Below are positions 12,897 to 23,800 of a DNA stretch of 64,000 nt, in pieces. Positions within the stretch are counted from its first letter, which is position 1; every line of letters starts with the position of its first letter. The stretch is taken from assembly GCF_009914755.1 (NCBI RefSeq), contig NC_060938.1; one strand, given 5' to 3'. Origin of the DNA: the human T2T-CHM13v2.0 reference genome, Homo sapiens. The position numbers were made by a program, and so were the translations under genes. The notes under the pieces are model-generated. The model made no database searches and was not told where the DNA came from. It saw only the letters and a program-made list of their open reading frames with translations.

Positions 12897-13684
12897 TGAG
12901 TCTTGGGGAAGGTCATGGCCGGCAGGGCACACACTGAGACCTGCTCCACCCCTCTCTCTGCTGTATGAATTTTCTTAATACCTTATCTAGGAGTAAAGTG
13001 ACCCCCGTTTGCACACTGTATTGATGGAGGCTCACTGTTTCTCAGTAAGTCCACTTCATACTTGGCCAGATGGCCGTTAGAAAGCTGGCATTTAGTTGGA
13101 AAAGGTGGGAGCAAATGCTTGAGACAGTAAGCAAATAAAAATTGCATACTAAATTTGATAATCTTTGTGTAAGGATAGCACATATACACAGCAAAGACTC
13201 CCATGATATACTAAAATGGTAAGTTTTTAATCAATGAATGGCAGGATGCAGTATGATTGTAAGCTTTCTGATCTTTGCCATATTTCCAGTGTCTCCTCAT
13301 AAATATCTGTTTACTTTCATAATCAGGAAAAACATTAGCATTAATCAAAAGAAGCCATTTCTGACATCAAACAGATAAATGCCTTTCTAAAACCCAGGTA
13401 TCTTGATTACTGGCCCCATACTCTTATTAATAAAAGGAATAATTTTCACAGACACATTTGTGAGCTACTCCTATTCTGCCGGGATGACTCACAAGATAAT
13501 TAGCAGGTGAACTTCAACATATATAATTAAAGGGTGACCCTTACAGGAAAAAGAGATTCTTTACTTTATATAAGAAATTGCCAGGGGTACATTAAGCTTG
13601 CACACATACAGTGAGTCACAGACCAATAAAAGGAGAGACCAAGGCCTCAATTAGACCAGAAGAGTATTAAAGTATGTGGTTTTG

Positions 13685-13782
13685 GTGGCTGGTCACCTTA
13701 ATCTCTCAGTGCCTCAGTTTCCCTATTTATAAAGAGAAGAATGTAGACTATATGATTTCTAAAGGACTTACCAGCTCTTTAG
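13685..13782 (+). mobile_element. MIR3/MIR fragment
   Basis: CTTAATCTCTCAGTGCCTCAGTTTCCCTATTTATAAA...GACTATATGATTTCTAAAGG. Confidence 0.65.
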
Positions 13783-15834
13783 GAGTGTGATAAGGACAAA
13801 AAAAAATTAAAAGATAATTGCATCCAAACACTGAAAGAATGGAAGTTACTGATCAATAACTGGACCTCCCGCCCCTAAGAATCTCCATCTATGACAACCA
13901 AAAGACTCAGACCAAGCAGAAACTTAAAAATTAAACTAAATTAATACACATAAACAGAAACTGGTAAGCACAATAGCAAGAACTAAGAGCCATTGCCCCT
14001 AGAAGATCAGATAAGAACAAAGACAAAACAGCTCTGAAATGTTAATAAGAGCCAGGAGAAAATAGACTTCCAGCTGTAAAAACCACACACACACACATGC
14101 ACAAACACCTCACTCAAATACAGCACAGAAGGCTTCCCCTCTTGATACACACATCCACTTATTAAATAATAGTAGAAAATCATAGCACCAGAAAGGTCTT
14201 CAGAGATCACCCAACAACTGCTTTTCAGTATTTCTTTCAATTCATAAAACCCTTCCTTCAAATAAAATCCCACATAGCACACAGTTGAAAGCAGACCTGC
14301 TCTGATTGAAGAAAGGTGCACAGAGACTCCTGCTGGGTGGTACCCACTGGGGATGCCACCAAGTCCCTCTACAGCATCTCTGGTGTGCCACAGAGCACAT
14401 GTTCAAAGCCACTGGTCTCATCCAGTTTAGAAACCAGGGTTCAAAGAGGAAATGTGACTTGCTTGAGGTCACACAGCAGATTGAGGACTGACCAAGCTCT
14501 TCCTATGACATCATGCTGCCTCCAGACCCAAGGGGGGATGAACACACCAGAAGCCAGCTCTAGGGTCTCACCCACTTGCTCATCAATGTCACCCAGCCCT
14601 CTCACTTCTCACCCCTGCTAGAGACAGCACTGGATCCCTTCCACCCACAACTAATCAGTCACCTTGTCCTTTTGATTCAGTATTAGTTCTGGGGTAAAAC
14701 CAAGATATAAGCTTGAACGTCAGGACAGCTCAGCTTCCCTGCTCTTTGGTCCCAGCTCCAGGACTGACCCAAGGCTTCTTGGTTAGAAGGAGCCCGGTTC
14801 TCAGAGGTCTCTGGCAGACCCAGCCACATCAGCATCCCTGACTCTCAGTAAACTCAGAACCTGTGCTGAAGCGGACAGTGGGTTCAATCCCTCTATGAAG
14901 TGCTCACAATGGTCAGAACTGCCTTGAAAATAATGTCATTATGTCATTTCTCTTTTATCCTTTTTTTCTAAATTGTCATGGTGTTTTGTTTCTTGTTAAA
15001 GGATGAACGATGGCTCCTGGTAAAACTGGTGACCCTGGGATTTGTCTCCATATCTCAGCAATCTGTTCTGTAGTTCATCAAAGAAACGGTGAGGCAGTAA
15101 TGATGCTTTTATTAGCAACCTTTACACTTTGTCAAAATTAAAATGAAAACCCAACATTCATATGTAAATCCAGTTACCTTCTAGGTTCTTCTTATCCTTT
15201 ATCCCTTCCATGAAATTATAGATTATTAAGAAATGTTTGAAGAGAGGGAGACAGGCTTCAGGCACATGTGAGAGAGGCAGAGCAAGACAAAGGGGGGAGA
15301 GAAGGTAAGGCTCTTTGACTTTCACCTTGTCTTTCATACTCAGAAGCATCTCAGTCTGTGCTTCCTTTGCTATTCTATTGTCCAAGACATCTCAGCCCCT
15401 GACAGAGCCCGAGTCAAAGATAACTCATGCATTAGGATTCACCAGGGATCCAACGTCTAGGAAAGGACAGCAGAGGGGTGTGATGGTGACAGGACCTCTT
15501 GTTTTCAAATATTTCTCTTTGGTGATGCACTATTAGTAACAGAACATGACCATGAACACTCATTGGCAAAAGGGCTTACTTTAAAATTACGCAAAAAAAT
15601 TTGTGATATGAGAATTGAAAACAAAACAAAAAAGAAAAGAAACAGAAGAAACCATCCAAAGGGCGGAAGCTGCTTCCACTGTCTTTCTCAGATGTGAACT
15701 GTGAGCAACCAGTTCACATTGATGAGCAACACATTGCCATGGAAGCCCTGAAGGATGGGAAACTCTGTCCTGGAGGTCATCTGGGAAGGTTTCAGAGAGA
15801 ATGGGGATGTTTCCAGAAGGACTTTGACAGACCC

Positions 15835-16828
15835 TTACAGCAGCAGTCCTTGGGATCTCCACCCCATGGCATTCACACCCTTGCTTGATCCTTTCCCCTT
15901 GAGAGTCACAGGGACCTGTGACTTTCCCTTGCCATAGAACACAGCGAAGCTGACAGGACGTATGTGACTGTGTGCACATGACTATGGGATTGGGCTACAT
16001 ACAACTGTAACTCCTCTGTTGCAGGGGTCTCTCTCTCACTTTTGTTGGCTGTGAGGAAACAAACAGCCATATTGGGAAACCCCATGTACGAAGAACTATG
16101 GGAAGCCTCTAGAACCTAAAGACAGTGATATGGTTTGGCTGTGTCCTCACACAAATCTCATCTTGAATTGTAGTTCCCATAATCCCCACCTGTCATCGAA
16201 GGGACCCAGTGGGAGGTAATGGAATTATGGGGGAGGTTACTTCCATGCTGTTTTCGTGATAGTGAGTGAGTTCTCACGAGACCTGATGGTTTTATGAGGG
16301 GCTTTTCCCCTCCTTCACTCTGCACTTCTCCTTGCTGCCATCACATAAATAAGGACGTGTTTGCTTCCCCTTCACCTTCCACCATGATTGTAAACTTCCT
16401 GAGGCCTCCCCGGCCCTGCAGAACATTGAGTCAATTAAACTTTTCTGCTTTAAAAATTACCCAGTGTTGGGTATTTCTTCATAGAGGCATGAGAACAGAC
16501 TAATACAGGCAGTCCCCAGCTGATAGTCAGCAAAACACTGAAGCTCTGAGTTCCATAGCTGTAGGGAACTAAATGTTGGCAACAAGTGGGAAGCAGAGCA
16601 CAATCACGTGAATAGGAAGCAGATCCTTCCCGGGTTGAGCCTCCAGATGAGGCACCAAACTTGCCCAGCTCCTTGACTGAAGCCTCGTGAAACCCGAGGC
16701 AGAGGACCTAGTCAAGCTGTGCCTAGTCTCCTGACTCACTGAAACTGTGAAATTATCTGTACACAGTAAATTGTGTTAAGCTACTAAATTTGTAGTTGTT
16801 TTTTATGAAGCAATAGAAAACGAATGCA
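15835..16828 (+). mobile_element. MLT1 (MLT1E/F-like) solo LTR, interrupted by THE1
   Basis: GGCATTCACACCCTTG, GGAAGCAGATCCTTCCC..GAGCCTCCAGATGAG, terminus TTAAGCTACTAAATTTGTAG...GCAATAGAAAACGAATGCA. Confidence 0.8.
16126..16507 (+). mobile_element. THE1C/D solo LTR
   Basis: TGATATGGTTTGGCTGTGTCC...GAACAGACTAATACA; 5-bp TSD GACAG/GGCAG. Confidence 0.95.
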
Positions 16829-17042
16829 AGGATATTGGTGAAAGAGATGGAATTTGCTGATTATAGGAAGAGGAGAAAATTTCAGGCAAAGGGAATGCAT
16901 ATGCAAAGGCAAAGTAGCAAGAACATATATCGTTTATTTCAAGAATGGTATTGATTCAGGCATTCCTAGAGCAACAAGAAGAGTGGCAAGTGGAAGATAA
17001 GAGAGCAACTCAAAGAGGAGTCAAAAGGCACTAATCTCAAAG

Positions 17043-17232
17043 CCAGTTTTTCTTTAACATGGCCTCATCTCCAATTCACCTAGGAAACCTGTGTCAATCA
17101 AAATCTATGGTGCCACCCACAGCAATTCTTCTTCAGGGTGTGTGGAATGAGGCAGAGATAGTTGTAGTTCTGATAAATGTCCCAGGTGAGTCTGATGCAG
17201 CCAGTCCATGAAATAGGAGTTGTGGATCACTT
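17043..17232. mobile_element. MER5A-like hAT DNA transposon
   Basis: AATTCACCTAGGAAACCTG...ATAAATGTCCCAGGTGAGTCTGATGCAGCC. Confidence 0.55.
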
Positions 17233-17249
17233 CTGCATCAAACAGTTCC

Positions 17250-17263
17250 CCACAAGAGGTCGC
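17250..17263 (+). promoter_or_regulatory. Candidate CTCF site
   Basis: CCACAAGAGGTCGC vs core CCAC[CT]AG[AG][GT]GGC[AG]C; retained CGCG; TGCA 16 nt upstream. Confidence 0.35.
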
Positions 17264-17959
17264 GCAGTAGAAGAGTGACATAAAACATTTATTTTCTGTA
17301 TGCCTAATCCAGAAGCAGTTTGGAGGATGGCCTAGTGTGGGAAGAGGGGTTGGAGACTACACTCCATGGGTTACCTTGGAGACCATTGCAATGACAGCAA
17401 TCTGACCAGGGGGTGGCCCTTGGCAGAATCAGTGGTGAGTCAGATGTACGCAGTCAAGGAAAGAGAGATGCAGAGAAGAAAAGAAAGGAGGAAAAAAGGG
17501 GAAGAAGGAAGGGATGAGAGGGTGCCGGAGAAGGACGGCAGATTTGTCGGGGGGAGATGATAAAGTACTCTGTTTTCAAGAGCTGAGTTTTGCAAGTGCA
17601 GTCTTTTCTGACCCTCATTTCTGCTAACTGGGTCTCCAGAGCTTTGCATATTGACTCTGGCTCTCTTTCCATTGGATCAGCCAAGTGTCCAGACTCCAGG
17701 TTTCTGGAACATGTGACCTTCTCCACATGGAGGCCATTTACAGAAGAAACTGCTAAGCCTCACTAATCCCAGCTACTAGGACGGCACTCTTTGGCCATTT
17801 CAGACCTGCAATTACTTCTGCACTTAAGTCCATAGATAGATGGTGGAGTCAGGACAAGTTTGAGGAATGCTGGCCCTTCCCCTATGAGTTGTTGGTCTAA
17901 AGGCGGACCCCTGGACCCTGCCTTTGAGACTGATTGAGCTGCACACTGGGAAATTGCGT

Positions 17960-18050
17960 ATTTGTTTATTCAGTTAACATTTGCTGAATACATACTGAAT
18001 GCCCAGTGCTGTTCTGGGCTCTGAGGCTACAGCATTGAACAAGACAGGCG
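17960..18050 (-). mobile_element. L2 3' end
   Basis: TTATTCAGTTAACATTTGCTGAATACATACTGAATGCCCAGTGCTGTTCTGGGC. Confidence 0.7.
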
Positions 18051-18279
18051 TGTGCTAATTCCACCTTTTCTTGCCTGTGAGACCCCCCCAGAAGTCAAAG
18101 ATGTTAGAGTCTCCAGGGGCAGGAGAGACGGGAAGAGGTGGAACTATTGCCTTCCGGGCTTACACAGTCTCTGTTCCTTCAAAACTGTCTTTCCTACTAG
18201 GGATGTTTTCCAAAGTGGGTTCTCTGGAACCCCTGTTTCTATGGGGTATAAAGAAAAGTCAGACCTGCAAAAAGGAGTT

Positions 18280-18508
18280 CAATAATAGTCAATGTTATCC
18301 ATGTAACATTCACTGCATGCCACGCACTAAGCACATTATGATATTAATCTGTCTGATCCCACCAGCTAGTATGATCCTTATTTTAGACCCAGGGAAATGG
18401 AGGCATGAAGTATGAAGTTGCTGCCAAAGCTCATAGAGCTAGTCAGTAAGAAAGCTGATATTCAACTCCTGTGGTCAGAACCGAGTATCTGAACTTTCAC
18501 CACTGCAC
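18280..18508 (-). mobile_element. MIR
   Basis: Antisense MIR from the AATAATAG tail through GCACTAAGCAC to CTTTCACCACTGCAC. Confidence 0.6.
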
Positions 18509-18539
18509 ATCACCAGTTCCACATGGTCAAAGAAGCCAA

Positions 18540-18597
18540 GAAAACTCTAGGTTAAAAAAAAAAAAGAAAAAAAACTCTAGGTTTAAAAAAAAAAAAA
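18540..18597. repeat. 30-bp tandem duplication AAAACTCTAGGTT-(A)n
   Basis: AAAACTCTAGGTT at 18541 and 18571, each followed by A12-13. Confidence 0.9.
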
Positions 18598-18620
18598 TTC
18601 CAAGTCAAGCATGTTCCTGC

Positions 18621-19584
18621 TAAGCATGTTTTCATGTGCTTATTGGCCATTCAGTAGTCTTCTTTTGTGAAGTATCTGTTTGATATTTTGTGCATTTTCA
18701 TTGGGTTGTGTGTCTTTTTACTATTGATTTGTGGGATATTTTTATATATCCTAGTAATCAGTCTTTTGTAGCTATCATACGTATTGCAAATATTTTCTCC
18801 CAGTGCATAGCTTGCCTTTTTATTTTCTTGATGAGCAGAAGTATTTCATTTTGATGAAATGCAATTTATCAGTGTTTTCTTCTATAGTTAGCATTTTCTG
18901 TGTTCTGTTAAAGCTATACTTTTTTTTCTGTCCCAAGGTCATAAAAATATTCTGCTTTTTTAAAAATTGTTTTACCTTTTATATTTAGAGATATAATCAT
19001 TCTTCAATTATTTTTCATATATGACATAAGATGAGGATACAGGTATGTTATTTTTCATATGAATATTTGGTTGTTCCAGTACCATTTTTTAAAAAGAATT
19101 TTCTCTGCCGAGCTGCTTTGCTACCTCTGTTAAAAATCAGTTGGCCATGTAAGTGTGCATCTGTTTCTGGCCTCTCTATTCTGTTTCATTTCTACACCAT
19201 CCTGCCAATACCATACCATTTTGATTACTGTAGCTTTGTTTTTTCTTTTTTCTTCTTCTTTTTTTTTTTTTTAGACAGAGTCTTGCTCTTGTTGCCCAGG
19301 CTGGAGTGCAGTGGCGTAATCTTGGCTCACTGCAACCTCCACCTTCCCAGGTTCAAGAGATTCTCCTGACTCAGCCTCCTGAGTAGCTGGGATTATAGGT
19401 GCCTGCCACCATGCCCAGCTAATTTTTTTTTTTTTTTTGTATTTTTAGTAGAGACGGGGTTTCACCATGTTGGCCAGGCTGGTCTCAAACTCCTAACCTC
19501 GTGATCCTCCCACCTCAGCATTCCAAAGTGCTGGGATTACAGGTGTGAGCCACTGCACCCAGCCGGTAGCTTTTATTATTCCTT
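18621..19584 (-). mobile_element. L1M (L1ME-like) ORF2 fragment, inverted 5' segment, split by an Alu
   Basis: TTTTCATGTGCTTATTGGCCATT, TTGCAAATATTTTCTCCCAG, TTTTGATTACTGTAGCTTT are antisense L1 ORF2. Confidence 0.85.
19238..19564 (-). mobile_element. AluS (Sq-like), full length
   Basis: Antisense dimer with CTCTTGTTGCCCAGG; TSD GTAGCTTT at 19230 and 19566. Confidence 0.97.
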
Positions 19585-19589
19585 AAAAA

Positions 19590-20265
19590 AAGACACAAAA
19601 ATTAAAACTATGATGAGATACAACTATGCACTCATCAAAATGGCTGAAATTAAAAAGACTGATAACATCAAATGTTGTCAAGGATACTGAGTAACCAGAA
19701 CCCATATTTCTTGCTAGTAGGAATATAAAATGGCACAACCACATTGGAAAACTGTTTGGCAGTTTCATAAAAAATTAAAATTATACCAACCTCATGACCC
19801 AGCATTTTTACTCCTAGGTATAGACATGAAAACATATGTTCACATATAAACACTTGCACATAAATGTTCATAACTGCTGTGTTTGTCATAGTCAAAGCTG
19901 GAAATAACCCACCTGTTCCTCAACAGGTGAACTGATAAACAAACTGCAGCAAATCCATACAATAAAATTCTATCCAGCAATAAACAGGAATGAACTATGG
20001 ATAAATGCAACAATATCGATTTTACCTACTATATACTTTCATTTATAGAAAGTTCTACAAATGGCAAAGTTATTATAACCCATGATTAAAGGAATTTTAT
20101 TAGCAATAGTTGTTTCTTGCAAAGGATGTCTGGAAGGAGGCACAAAGAACTCTCTGAAATGAAAGAAGTTTCTTTATCTTGATGAGGTATAGAATATATA
20201 GGTGTAGGCATCTAAAAAATCATCAGACTGTATTTTACCTCAATTAAAATATTAAAATAAGTTAA
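19590..20265 (+). mobile_element. L1M (L1ME-like) 3' segment
   Basis: AAAATTAAAACTATGATGAGATAC, GGAAAACTGTTTGGCAGTTTC, ATGACCCAGCATTTTTACTCCTAGGTAT, A-rich end. Confidence 0.85.
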
Positions 20266-20411
20266 AGACATTTAAAATGCAAAAAGAAATATGAAACAGG
20301 TTTCTTTTTTCTTACATGTTATTATATAGCCTGTAGATAAACTAAAATACACTGTAAATCCTTAAGAGAAGACTAAAGCTTGCAAAGCTTTCCAAGTTTA
20401 ATTTCAGCCAT

Positions 20412-20865
20412 TGTTATGGGTTAAATTTTGTGATGCTAAAATACATATGTTGAAGTCCTAACCCCTAGTATCTCAAAATGTGACCTTACTTGGAAATAGG
20501 GTCTTCAATTGACTTTTGAAATGCAAATGTAATCAGTTAAAATGAGGTCAGACTGCAGCAGAGTGGGCCCTAATCCAAAATGACTGGTGTCCATATCAAA
20601 AGGGGAAATTAGGACACAGGCACATCTACAGGGAGAACACCAGGTGAAGTTTAGAGCTAAGGTTATGCTGTCCCAAGCCCAGGAACTACCAGAAGCTCAG
20701 AGAGAGGCCTAGAACAGATCCTTCTTGTGCCTTCAGAGGGAGCATAGTCCTGCCAACCGCTTGATCTTGAACTTCTAGCCTCCAGCACTGTGGGATAATA
20801 AATGTCTGCTGTTTAAGGCGCTTCATTTTTGTGACTTTTTATGGCAGCCCTAGCAAACTAATAAC
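20412..20865 (+). mobile_element. MLT1B/C solo LTR
   Basis: TGTTATGGGTTAAATT...GTTGAAGTCCTAACCCC...ATGGCAGCCCTAGCAAACTAATA. Confidence 0.9.
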
Positions 20866-23800
20866 GACCCTAGAGCCATCGTTTTTCCTTGGTGCCTTCT
20901 GGTAACAGAAGACTCTAGATAATGCCCCTTGTTAAAAGGAATAGCTTATTTACTTCATTTCCTTTTCAAAGAGATAATAGCACCTATTGTGATATGGGCA
21001 GCTGCACCTACATAAATGAAGATTTTTTTAAAAAAATTGTAATAGCCCCGACCCGTGTCATGAACAAACAATGTTCCAATGAGCTTTCTCATGTTGCCTC
21101 CAAAGTCTAGAAGGCAAATATCATTGTTCCCACTTTACAGATGCGGCAAACAAGGCTCTCATTAGACAGCAGTGACTGGGCCATGGCAGCTCTTTCGCCG
21201 TACCTAGATGTCAGGGTATCTCCCTACTAGGTTCCCCCACAGCCACTCCCTCCTGCTGATTTGGGTCTAGTGCAGGGGGCAAAGAGGAAGGCTGGAGAAC
21301 CACATCATGGGCACCTGGCTGGTCATCCTACGTATTGCTAGCACTAGGCATGGGTCAGGCTCAACCACATGGAATTCCAACTCCCCTGCTCACTTCCTGG
21401 TGACCCCAGACAGACCAGCACACCCCACTGAGGCCCGTTTCATTCCCTGTGAATCATCATAACCCATAGGCCACAGGGCCCCAGAGAGGACCAGGTGAAC
21501 ACCGCTCCCCTCGAGGCATGGCACAGTGGTGGCTGCTTCTCAGCTCTTAGCACCTGAGTTTCCTCCTCTCCCTGAACATCCAGCCCCTCCACTGCTTCAC
21601 CCTGGCTGGTGCTAAGTGGCTCCCACCACACAGGAGTGGCCCGGAGCCGGGTTTGGGAAATGAAAGGCCATTTCATAATCTTTTCCAAAATGGGTTAAAC
21701 AGCATGATCTCTCATTACCCATTGACGGAAATGGGAAATGCGGAATGATGTGCAATAACTAGTTTCAGTGGATTCTGATTTGAGATATATATCCTTTTTA
21801 ACTGAGATAATAACATAGAAGCATGCATTCATGAGGTTTAGCAAAGAAGGCGCAGATTAACACCACAGTTAGATGACTTTTGAAGCAAAGCTTCTATTAA
21901 AGTTGCTGCCAAAAAGTCACTTTATCTTCCCTCCGATGCATCTCAGATTTTATCTACCCTTTTATTCTTTTTGTCCTTAATTTTAAATCCTTTTTATTAT
22001 TATTTTTTCCCATGTAAGCACCAAGGGGGTTGTTTGGTACTCATTCTTTTGGAAGCAATTATCCACTAGAGAGGCGTTCACTTCATTTGGGTTGCATTTT
22101 ATTTCCAAACCGTGATAAAAAATGCACAAAATTGACTTTGCCTGTGCAGCTCAGACACTGCAAAGTCCTTCCCTGTGAATTTCGATTCAGCTGCCCGTTG
22201 AACGAGCCCTCTTTGGAAGACAAGGTGAGTGGCGACTGCTTATACCATATTCTTTCTCGTAGCCCTAAGATTATCTCTTTACTGCCTAATAGGGCGAATA
22301 AAAAACTTTCATTTTAATTGCATATTCACTCAGAACTTACAGACCCCAAGCTGTCTGCTAATTTGAAAGAAGAGTTATTCTTGCTTGGGCGAAAAAAAGA
22401 ACTTCACAATTGCAAAATCCTCTGACCTCTATGTCTTTATGATTTTCCTAGAGGAGTTCTTCATGCCTGGGCTGGGGGGCGGGTAGAAAAGGGCTGATTT
22501 GGGGCTCCAGCTCTACAAGATTAATTATAAGCATAAAATTTCTGTGTGAAGTCTCATATGTCTTCAAATGTTATGTAATACTGCATCCTATGTTATAGCA
22601 TGTCTGTGTCTCATTTTAATATACTAATGATGCTTTAAATTAATTATTATCAGTAACAACAACAAAGTTTCCTACTTGTCTTGTAATTATTCATCAGGAA
22701 ACAATTGCATTGATTTTTATCAATTTTATAAAATGTGACTGAACTAAAGAGAATTTACGTCAAACTGCACATCAGTATCAGCATTTAGGCAACTCCTCTT
22801 TTCTCTGTTTCCATCTCACAATATTTAAAAACCCCAACCCATGTGCAAATGTGGGTAGAAAGGTCGTCAGCCTCATGAGCTCCATCCAGGCACTGACTGA
22901 GGGGAGCAGATTCATATATGCCCAAAGAGCGGCCCAGTCTGCCCCTGCAGGCAGCTCTTAGAGACCAGGATCCTGACTTCTTGCTCAGTGGTCACATTTC
23001 TTGTGTTTGCTGCACTTGTCAAAATATTTTACTGCCTCAATAAAATATTTGTCAATGGACTTTTTCAATAAGAAAGAGACTGATTGGGTGGTATAATTTC
23101 ATCCCCTGCAAATCATCTCATCTTGGAGAACTCACCTTACACACCCCCAACCCTTGAACGCCAAGGCGAAGCACCTCTTACTGTGCACCTTTTACCATAA
23201 AAGGAAATGCCGCTGACCCCGTATCAGTGACTAAGAACATTCGGGGTTAGAAGAAAATGGCTTCTAAATAAATGAACTGCCTGAGCCGTGTTTGCGATTC
23301 ACAGGAAGAATTCCTTATTCATTTCATTTAGATCTTGACCTTCTGTCCTAGAGCCTTTGCTTTTTCTCTCCATGAGGAAAAATAAACCATACAACCCCAA
23401 GTTAGCAAATCCTGACCACACTTTCTGCCCACAGAGAAGCCCACATGGAGCTTTTGGGAGCGAGCTTTTGAAAGCACTGTTCACTTCATTCCAAACAGAA
23501 AAATGAGAATTCAGTCACCGTGGTTCATTAAAGTGATTGCTGTGCCCACCCCGGGAGCCCCCTCTCAGAGGGGTTATTGCTTGGTGCAGGAGCCTGGGCA
23601 GCTGGTGCCTTTGGGGGGAACAGGCAGACTCCCACCCTCAGGACCCCACAACCAGACTGGGAGCTGTCCCCTCTGCCTTTCAAAGTGACTAATCCCAGCG
23701 CCTCAAACAGGCTCTGGCAGGCCCTGCCTGTGGGCATCCACTTGTTTTCTTCCCTCCCTCCAAATATCCTCCATTCTCCCCCTGAGTCCCTAAGTATCCA

